This document shows positions 56,322 to 64,000 of a DNA stretch of 64,000 bases, piece after piece (position 1 is the first letter of the stretch; each line of letters begins with the position of its first letter). Below the pieces are notes generated by a model. The model was not told where the DNA came from and ran no database searches. It saw only the letters and a program-made list of their open reading frames with translations. The stretch is taken from contig CAWGKG010000023.1 of the NCBI GenBank assembly GCA_963823035.1, forward strand, positions 32,001-96,000. The letters are read 5' to 3'. The DNA comes from an uncultured Gemmatimonadales bacterium. Lineage in GTDB: Bacteria; Gemmatimonadota; Gemmatimonadetes; Longimicrobiales; Gaopeijiaceae. The translations under genes and the position numbers were made by a program.

Positions 56322-57495
56322 CTACCAGGCCGCCATGCCGTTGGCCGTGGCGGGGAGGCCCGCCTGCGCCCGGCAAGCGCCGTGAGGCTGCCGTCGGCGT
56401 TCTCGCGGAAGGCGCTCACCGAGGAGAGACCGGCGGTGAGCACGTAGAGGTACCGCCCGTTGTTCGAGAACGCGGCGTCGAGCGGGGTGCTGCCGGCGCC
56501 GGTGTCCCCCGTCACGCCGTCGTCGTCGAGGAGCTCGAGGTTGCCGCGGAAGCCCACGCGCACGCCCGAGATGGTGCCGCTGCCGCCGTTCGTGGAGTAC
56601 GCGTAGCGGCCGTTCTTCGAGACGACGATCCAGCACGCTGCGGTCTCGGTCGTCGGGACCGCGCCGTCGAGCACGTGCACCGAGCCGTCCCGCCACACGC
56701 GGTAGGACGACACGGTGCTGGCGTCGGGCGCGCCCACCGAACGCCTCCGAGACGATGAGGATCCCTGCGCGGTCGAAGGCGAAGCCGAAGGGCGTCTCGC
56801 CCGCCGCGGGGGTGGACGTCGGCCCGGACGCCCAACCGCGACGGCCGACCGTGTAGGTCGTGATCATGTTCGTGCCCTTCTCCGTCACGGCCAGCACGCG
56901 CCCGTCGGGCGAGAAGCCGATCTGCGCCGGTCCCACCGCGTCGCCGCTGAGCGGACGGCTCGATCCGGAGATGGGGTGCAACGAGCCGTCGTGGCCGAGG
57001 CGCAGCGCGCTGATGCTGTTCGGCGTGCCGCCGTTGAGGACGTAGACGAGGTCGCCGTGCACGGTCACGCTGATCGGCTGGTCGCCGCCGGAGGGCGCCC
57101 GGTCGGCCAGGACGAGCCCGTGTGGGGTCACGCGCAGCGAGGAGACGTCGTCCGAGCCGGGGTTCACCACGAGGAGCCAACGCCCGTTGTCGGTGAGCGC
57201 CAGCGCCCCCTGGTTTCCCAGGCCGGCGCCGGTGCCGTCGCCGCCCGTGGCCACCGGGTCCGCCGCGGTCAGGGAGCCGTCCGCGGCCCGCTCGAACACC
57301 AGGACCTCGTTCGGGCCGGCCGCGTTGCTCATGAGGTAGACGGCGCCCGGCCGTCCGATGGTAGAAGTCGGTCCGGCCGTTCTCCGCGGTGACGGTCTCG
57401 GGCGCGTCGGGTGCCACCGGGTCGGTGGCGTCGGCGCAGGCCGCCGACAGGAGGGCCGCGAGGCCCAGGATCGAACCGAGGGTCGATCGTCTCAT
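56322..57495 (-). CDS. Lactonase-family beta-propeller lipoprotein; frameshifts near 57350, 56735 and 56375
   Basis: Lipobox LSAAC; ATGGDG, LGNQG, VNPGSDDVS, GFSPDG, TPFGFAF, AACW, YLYVL. Confidence 0.78.
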
Positions 57496-57641
57496 GGGGA
57501 TGACCTCCTCCGTGGGTGCTTGAAGCTCTCGAGCCGGTCTTCGTCGGTTGGCGAAGGCCGTGGGAGGTCAGTCGTGCAATGCGTGCGCCCCGCGGGCGCG
57601 GGCGGAGGCACAGCACCGAAGCTCCTGGGACACAAAGCGTT

Positions 57642-57667
57642 GGGGGCGCGGACCGGTCCGCGCCCCC
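57642..57667. terminator. 26-bp perfect palindrome/hairpin downstream of the metalloprotease gene
   Basis: GGGGGCGCGGACCGGTCCGCGCCCCC. Confidence 0.45.
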
Positions 57668-57746
57668 TGTTTCATGCAACGCCGTGTTCCGTCCCGCGGG
57701 GGTATGTGGAACGTTTCACCCCGCGTCGCGGCGCCCTCCCCGGTGC

Positions 57747-60330
57747 CTACCGTCCGCCCTCCCCGCTCCCCTTCCCCTCGAGCGCGTCGGCGATCCGATG
57801 CCGGAGGTCGTCGAGGTGGGCGCGCGTCATCCCCGAGGTGCGTGGCCACGCCGCCGCGATCTGGGCGTCCAACGCCTTCAGCTCCGAGCGTACCGACGCG
57901 TAGATGTCGGACAGCTCAGGATCGAGGCTCGGCCGCTGAGGCCCGAAGGAGAAACGGGCGGCGTTCGGGTTGGGCGGCGGCGGGTTGATCTTCTCGTCGA
58001 GCATGTCGACGTACGCCCGCTGCAGCGCACGACGGTAGACGTCGATCGTGCGACCGCCCGCCAGCTCGCCGAAGAGGCCTGCGCGCACGTCGGCCAGCAA
58101 CTCGAGCGGCGTGTAGCCCCGGCCACCCCCCAACTCCTGCGGCGTACTCGCTCATGCGCATCAGCCGATCGTTGCGCAGGAGGGACGAGAGGATGCCCGA
58201 CTGGGCCGCGGAGATGCGCTGCACCGAGCCGGTAGGCTCGATACGCCGCAGGATCTCCGGGTCGAGGAGGAAGGTCGGCGTCTGGAAGGCGTTCTCGTTC
58301 AGGAACTTCACCGCGGCCTGCTGTCGGGCGCGTTCCACGGGGGTGAAACGCACGCCCGCCTGGCTGCCGTACTTCTCCTGCGACGCGGCACCCCCGACGA
58401 TGTTCGTGACGTGCGTCAGCTCCGTCCTCCACTGCCCCACCATGCGTCCGTACAGGTTGTCGAGGTCGTCCCACCCCTCGGTGGGCTTCTGGGTGGCCGG
58501 GAGCACCCACGCCATCTCGCGCTTCAGGTTGGCGATCCCGAGCTCGGTGGCGCGCACGGCGTCCTGGTCGCCCACCGCCTCGGTCTCCTCGCCGGGATCG
58601 CTCCCCGCGCTGCCCGCGGTGGAGAAGCGCAGCCACGGCTTGGTGTCCTGCTCGCGGGCCCACGCGTCGAGGGTCGGGCGTTCCGCCTCGGCGGTCGCGG
58701 CCTGCGGGATGGGCTTGTAGCCCCACATCGTCGCCCACTTGTCGTAGGGCCCGATGCCCGGAGTGAGCAGCTCCACGGGGATGTGGTCGTCGGGCTGCGC
58801 CACGTAGTTGAAGCGCGAGTAGTCCATCAGCGTCGGCGTGTGCCCCCACTCGCGCAGGAACGAGACGCTGCGCAGCGAGTCCACCGGGTACCACGAACTC
58901 GCCTTCATGTTGTGCTGGAAGCCCAGCGTGTGCCCCACCTCGTGCGCGAGCACGTACTCGAGCAGCCGGCCCATCAGCTCGTCCGGGAAGGGGAACATCC
59001 GCGCCCGCGGGTCGTTGGCGGCCGCCTGCGTGAAGTACCACGTCAGCTGCAGCCGCTGCACGTTCTGGTAGAACTGGATGTGCGCGTTCAGGATCTCGCC
59101 CGAGCGCGGATCGTGCACGTGCGGACCCGAGGCGTTCTCCACCGTGGAAGGCAGCCAGCGCACCACGGAATAGCGGGCATCCTCCGGCGACCAGTCGGGA
59201 TCGTCGGGCGCCTCCTTCGCGACGATGGCGTTGCTGAAGCCCGCCGCCTCGAACGCGGGCTGCCAGTCCTCGATCGCCTTCTTGAACCAGGGGACCCACT
59301 TCTTCGGCGTGGCCGGATCGATGTAGTAGACGATCGGCTTCACCGGATCCGAGATCGCCGCGCTCGGGTCCTTCTTCTCCAGCCGGTAGCGGGTGATGAA
59401 GCAGTGCCCCTTCACCTGCTGACCCACGTCCGTGTAGTCCGTGAAGCGCACGGAGAAGTACCCCACCCGGTCGTCGCACAGGCGGGGCTTCATCGGCACG
59501 TCCGGAAGGCGGTGGAAGCTCCAGCTCATGACGACCGTGTTGGACGGGTTGTCGTTCTGCGTCACGCCGAAGCGGGCGGGTGCCGGCGCGGCGGCACCTG
59601 CCCGCGGCGGCGTCTGCGCGAACGTGAGGGTGGAGTAGACGTTGACGTTGTCGGGGAACGGCGTAGCCCGCTCGATCCAGGAGCGTCCGGCGTCCACGTT
59701 CCCCGGGATGCGGCGGCCCGGACCGAGCTCGGCGGGCGGCTGCGTGAAGAGCCGCGTCACGTCGATCACGACGGCGCTGTCCGCCCCGTACGCCTCGACG
59801 TTGAAGTCGGCCACGATCGGGGGCGTGTTCGCTGCCTCCACCGCGCGGTACTCGGGGGTCGTGGAGTCCGCCATCGCCTCGTAGGAGACGGCGCGCAGGT
59901 AGACGCGGTCGTCGCGGAGCTGCCAGCGGTACACGCCGTTGCTCACCGACTGGCCGCCGTACCCGGAGCCGAGCACGGTCTTCGCGATCTCGATCACGAG
60001 CAGCTCGTCCTTGTCGAGCTGGCTCCGCGGGATCTCGAACATCAGCTTCGAGCCGATGCGGTGCACGCCGAACATCCCCGGGCGCGACTGGGCTTCGTCC
60101 GTGATGACCTGGCTGTACGGGCGGGGGTTCGGCTCGGCCGCCGCACCCGCCCCGCCGCGCCCGGGGGCACCGCGCGCGCCGCCTGCCTCCCCTCCCGGAG
60201 GACCAGCGGCCTCGGGTCGCGCCGCTCCGGCGCGGGGGCCCGCGGGGGCCGGGGCTTCGGGGGGCGCCTGGCGCGTGCATCCGGCCAGGACGAGGAGCGT
60301 GATCAGGGCACCGATCGTCGACTTGTTCAT
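57747..60330 (-). CDS. Zinc-dependent metalloprotease (metzincin, EcxA/DUF5117-type) lipoprotein; frameshift near 58125
   Basis: Lipobox LAGC; DDRVGYF, KPIVYYID, DPRSGEI, HEVGHTLGFQHN, LMDY, IGPYD..WGY. Confidence 0.9.
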
Positions 60331-60495
60331 GGGATCGCTCGCTGAGGCGTCCGCGGGGCGCCCCCTGGACGCCTCCGCGCCCGGCGGGCTTCCCGATCGG
60401 CCAAGTTGCCGCGGGCCGGCCCGACGAACCCGGCCAACGTCCCTGTCGGCCGGCGGGCTGTCAAGCGGCCCGCCGGCCTCTCCCCGACCGACCGC

Positions 60496-60894
60496 CTACG
60501 CGGCCCCGCCGTCCTCCCCCGCGAGCATGAGGCGCCAGCGCAGCTGAAGCGCGAACCAGACCACGCCCGCGAGACCCAGGATCAGCGCCCCGGCCGCGGT
60601 GCTGGTCAGCGCGACCTTCATGCCACCCCAGACGAGGCGCGGGTCCACCTCGGCCGCCTGCTCGATCGACTGCGCCGCGACGATCACGCCGACCACCGTG
60701 CCGAGCACACCGGCGACGAAGGCGAAGCCCCCCCAGAAGAGGACCGCGTCGATCCAGGCCTTGGTGCGCAGGTCGGCCGTGGCGCCGGGCCGGTACAGGC
60801 GCATCGCGGACCACAGCGACAGACCCGCCACCGCGAGGAAGGCGAAGAGCAGCGGATAGTGGATGTAGCCCATTTCCTGCCAGATCCGACCCAT
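60496..60894 (-). CDS. Small membrane protein, MotA/TolQ/ExbB channel-like
   Basis: GVLGTVVGVI...GGMKVALTSTAAG; three TM helices. Confidence 0.7.
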   Translation of the reverse strand: MGRIWQEMGYIHYPLLFAFLAVAGLSLWSAMRLYRPGATADLRTKAWIDAVLFWGGFAFVAGVLGTVVGVIVAAQSIEQAAEVDPRLVWGGMKVALTSTAAGALILGLAGVVWFALQLRWRLMLAGEDGGAA

Positions 60895-60924
60895 CGTGAC
60901 ACTCCGTGTTGCGAGAGATCCTTC

Positions 60925-61677
60925 CTATCGATCGAGGCCCAGCACGTCCCGGCGGGCAGCCTTCACCGCTCCCAGCCAATGCGTCAGCACGAACCACGTC
61001 AGCGCGCCGGCCGCGGCGACGAGGATCGCGACCGCGACGAGCGCGCACACGCGCAGGAGCGTGGGCACGAGGAGCTGGCCCGAGAGCTCGGGAGCCCGCT
61101 CGAGGGTCGCGGCCAGCCCGTAGACGTCCACGAACGCACCCACCCCACCCACGACGAGCGCGAGGACGGAGACGCCCACGATGGCTCCGAGCCCCCGGTC
61201 CGGCGTGCGATGGTCGCGCTTGATCCACACCTCGAACGCCTTCCCGACCACGAGGGCGCCGAGCACCCCACCGAGGACGAGGACGGCCCAGAGGAACGGC
61301 GACGGGTCGCCGAGGAAGTCGGAGCGCAGCACGGCCAGCGTCTCCAGCACCAGGACCGAGGCCGTCGCCAGGGCGAAGATCGAGCGCTCACCGAGCCGGA
61401 GGCGCCGCTCGGCCACGCCCTCCGTGAGCCGCTGGTACAGCGGTGCGTGCAGCCGGCCCAACTCGCGGAGGGAGCCACCGTCGGGCACGAGCGCCTCCAG
61501 CGCCCTCGCCTCGGCCTCTGCCGGGGTCAGCCCCGTCGCGATGTAGCGCTCGCGAAGTCCCTCCAGGTCGTGCTCGAGCTCGCGCAGGATGCGAAGGCGC
61601 TCCGGAATCGGGGCGGTCAGCTCGCGCTCGAGCGTGCGCAGGACCGGGAGGAATCGGCGCGTGGCGGCCGTGCTCAT
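60925..61677 (-). CDS. Membrane protein with HAAS-like N-terminal helical domain
   Basis: FLPVLRTLERELT...ILRELEHDL...GLTPAEAEARAL, then four TM helices; overlaps the padR stop. Confidence 0.7.
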   Translation of the reverse strand: MSTAATRRFLPVLRTLERELTAPIPERLRILRELEHDLEGLRERYIATGLTPAEAEARALEALVPDGGSLRELGRLHAPLYQRLTEGVAERRLRLGERSIFALATASVLVLETLAVLRSDFLGDPSPFLWAVLVLGGVLGALVVGKAFEVWIKRDHRTPDRGLGAIVGVSVLALVVGGVGAFVDVYGLAATLERAPELSGQLLVPTLLRVCALVAVAILVAAAGALTWFVLTHWLGAVKAARRDVLGLDR

Positions 61678-62028
61678 ACGGGCGCCTCTCCCGGCCCGCG
61701 GAGGAGCTGCATGAGTCGGGAGACGATCTCCTGCACGCGCCCCGTCTCTCCCTGGAGATGGCGCCTTCCCGCGCCCGTCAGGGCGTAGACCTTCTTGCGA
61801 CGTCCGCCCTCACGCGACCACGAACCGCCGATCAGCCCCTCCTCCTCCAGGCGGTGGAGGATCGGATAGAGGGTCCCGTGACGGAACCGGAAGAGCCCGT
61901 TGCTCTCCTCCTCCACGTCGAGCGCGATCTGGTACCCGTGCTTGGGCCCCGGCCCGCAGCGTGGAGAGCACGAGGAGCTGGTGGATGTCGCGCGCGAACG
62001 CCTGCACGTCGAAGTCGGTCTCGGGCAT
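61674..62028 (-). CDS. PadR family transcriptional regulator; frameshift near 61950
   Basis: LLVLSTL..GPKHGYQI, GTLYPILHRLE, RRKKVYALT..G. Confidence 0.9.
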
Positions 62029-62053
62029 AGGGGGCCTCGGATGTGCGAGCTTG

Positions 62054-62074
62054 TATATCGACGCCCATCATATA
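62054..62074. promoter_or_regulatory. Candidate PadR autoregulatory inverted repeat
   Basis: TATAT-N11-ATATA in an AT-rich patch just upstream of padR. Confidence 0.35.
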
Positions 62075-62202
62075 GAGTGCCGTCACATGCTTGCGCAAGG
62101 GTCATGGTGGGCCGCCCCCGGGAGACGGGGAACTCCTTCCTGCTTTCCCCCGTAGGGGCCGGTAGCCGTCCGTATCGAAAACCCAGCCTCAGGAGCCCCG
62201 CC

Positions 62203-63238
62203 GTGCGCCCCCGCGTTCAGCTCGCCTCCCTGCTCGTGTTCGCGTCCCTCCTCGCCTCCACGCTCACGACCTCCCGACCGCTCGCCGCGCAGGGCATCAA
62301 GCTCGCCGTGGGCGATGTCGGGCTCGGGATCGGCGACGTGCCGAGGCTGGACGGCATCCGTCTGAATTTCCGCGACGACCGCATCGAGCTCGTGCGCGGC
62401 CTGAACGCGACCATCTGGACGCCCTACGAGCATGCGCGACGGCGTCGTGAGGGGCATCGCGCTCGGTCTTCCGCTCACCGGCGCCGCCGAGATGAGCGGT
62501 CTGGCGCTCGGGGCCGGCGTGGGCGTGGACCGGGACTTCTCGGGCATCGCGGTGACCGGCATCGGCTTCGGCGCCGGTGGTGGCATCACCGGCATCGCCG
62601 TCGGTGGCGTGGGCCTGGGCACGGGCGGTGACATCAAGGGGCTCGCCGTGGGTGGCGTGGGGGCGGGCGCCGGCGGGGACATCTCCGGGGTCCTGATCGG
62701 TGGGGTCGGCGTCGGGGCGGGCGGAAACCTGAAGGGAGTCGCCATCGGCGGGGTCGGGCTGGGCGCGAGCGGCGACCTGACGGGGCTGGCGCTGGGGGGC
62801 GTGGGCGTCGGGGCGGGCGGCAACGTGAAGGGCATCCTGATCGGCGGTGTGGGCGTGGGAGCGGGCGGCGACGTGACCGGCATCACGATCGGCGGCGTGG
62901 GCGTCGGAGCGGGTGGTGAGCTGAAGGGGCTGGCCATCGGCGGCGTGGGCGTCGGCGCGCCCCGTATCACCGGGGTGGCGATCGCGGGCTTCGGCGCGGG
63001 CGGCGAGGAGGTGCGTGGGCTGGTGATCGCGCCCGCATGGTTCCGGGTCGAGGAGACCGGCTACGTCCGCGGCGTGTCGGTGAGCGCGTTCAACGACGTC
63101 CGCGGGGCCCAGTACGGGCTGTCGATCGGGCTGCTCAACATCGCCGACGAGCTGCACGGACTGCAGGTGGGCATCCTGAACATCGCCCGCAACAAGGACT
63201 CCTTCAGCGTCCTTCCGCTGCTGAACTGGCACCGGTGA
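62203..63238 (+). CDS. Secreted Gly-rich 16-aa repeat protein (LA_2272-like surface repeat); frameshift near 62435
   Basis: RBS AGGAG, GTG 62203; signal peptide; GIRLNF; about 8-10 copies of G(L/I)xIGGVGVGAGGD(L/I/V)x; ends GLQVGILN...LPLLNW. Confidence 0.75.
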
Positions 63239-63486
63239 CGTAGGCTCGCGCGCCCGGCGCCGGCGCCGGAGAGGATACCGCAGCATAGCCGCGTCACCTC
63301 CCCGGGGCCGCCCGCGGCCCGTGGGGCCTCAAGTTCAGGTCCGTCCCGACCGAGACTCCAGTCAATACCGACACCATGGGCTCAGGCGCGTCGGGGACCT
63401 GCGGATCGGGCGCGCGGACGAGGCCGTCGACGCAGTCCTTCGGAGAGGGACGAGATGGCGAACAGAGGGCTGCGCCCAGCGAAGCC

Positions 63487-63816
63487 ATGAGAACGCTCAG
63501 CGTCAAGCAGAAGATGGTGCTCATCCCGGTCCTGATCTCCGTGGGAGGTCTGGCCGCGCTGGTCGTGATCCTCATCTTCGGCCGACTCAGCGCGGAGGGG
63601 ATCACGCAGATCGAGACGGACTACTATCCCGCGCTCGAGCTGAGCCACGATCCGGAGGCCTCCCTCGAGAAGGTCCAGCGGTCGATGCAGGACGCGGTCG
63701 CCGCCATGGCCGTCGGCAGCACCGCGGAAGGCGTCGGCCAGCTGGAATCCTCGGCGGGTGACCTCGCGGGCGTCGCTGGCAGGCTGGACGAGCTCGTCGG
63801 CGCCTTCAACCTCTAG
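63487..63816 (+). pseudogene. Internally deleted methyl-accepting chemotaxis protein
   Basis: LSVKQKMVL, a TM helix and the start of a periplasmic helix (YYPALELS) are joined directly to an MCP-like tail STAEGVGQLESSAGDLAGVAGRLDELVGAF. Confidence 0.55.
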
Positions 63817-63831
63817 ACGAGACGATACTCC

Positions 63832-64000
63832 GTGGCCGGCACATCCCTCGCGCAGCGACTCTTCTCGGGCTCATTCCGATGCCGCATCGGAATCCTGCTC
63901 GCGAGCCTCGTCGTCGTCGGGGCGGTGGCGCTGTACGTCGCGGTCCCGGCGATCCTGGGGCGCTACGCCGAGCAAGCCCTCGAGGACAAGGCCCTCTCCA
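63832..64000 (+). CDS. Membrane sensor-like protein, N-terminus only (runs off window)
   Basis: GTG 63832: MAGTSLAQRLFSGSFRCRIGILLASLVVVGAVALYVAVP...EDKALS; open to the end of the window. Confidence 0.5.
   Translation, partial: MAGTSLAQRLFSGSFRCRIGILLASLVVVGAVALYVAVPAILGRYAEQALEDKALS

Noticed and set aside
62440..63020. Periodic DNA as a CRISPR array
   Set aside because: It is an in-frame coding repeat with synonymous variation and no unique spacers.

Overview
High-GC bacterial window with about 40 genes. Gemmatimonadota is likely, inferred from a SusC-type receptor and carboxypeptidase-regulatory-domain proteins in GC-rich DNA. More than 20 genes are split by single-base indels, most simply explained as long-read consensus errors, so the CDSs below are stitched across frames. 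The left ~45 kb is a large catabolic locus. It contains a SusC/RagA TonB receptor, two paralogous S9 (DPP IV-like) peptidases, an M6 metalloprotease and a gntR/activase/glycyl-radical operon that matches trans-4-hydroxy-L-proline dehydratase (HypD). It also contains GH31, GH97, an esterase, GH88 apparently fused to a GH145/PL42-like BNR propeller, two GH43, GH51, two LacI regulators, two mutarotases, an SSS transporter, araA/araB/araD, a divergent xylose-isomerase-like enzyme, a eukaryote-type xylulokinase and a DUF5695 protein. An AT-rich palindrome (CTGATAYATCA) recurs at four divergent promoter regions, linking the receptor, peptidases, HypD operon and araA/qor. A second palindrome (YGAACnnGTTCA) marks the sugar genes. 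The leading hypothesis is a system that dismantles hydroxyproline-rich glycoproteins (arabinogalactan-proteins or extensins) and uses both the sugars and the hydroxyproline. The right ~19 kb holds qor, dcp, lysE, a divergent guaB, secreted propeller and metalloprotease genes, a PadR module, a Gly-rich repeat protein and a truncated chemoreceptor. No rRNA, tRNA, CRISPR array or transposase was seen.
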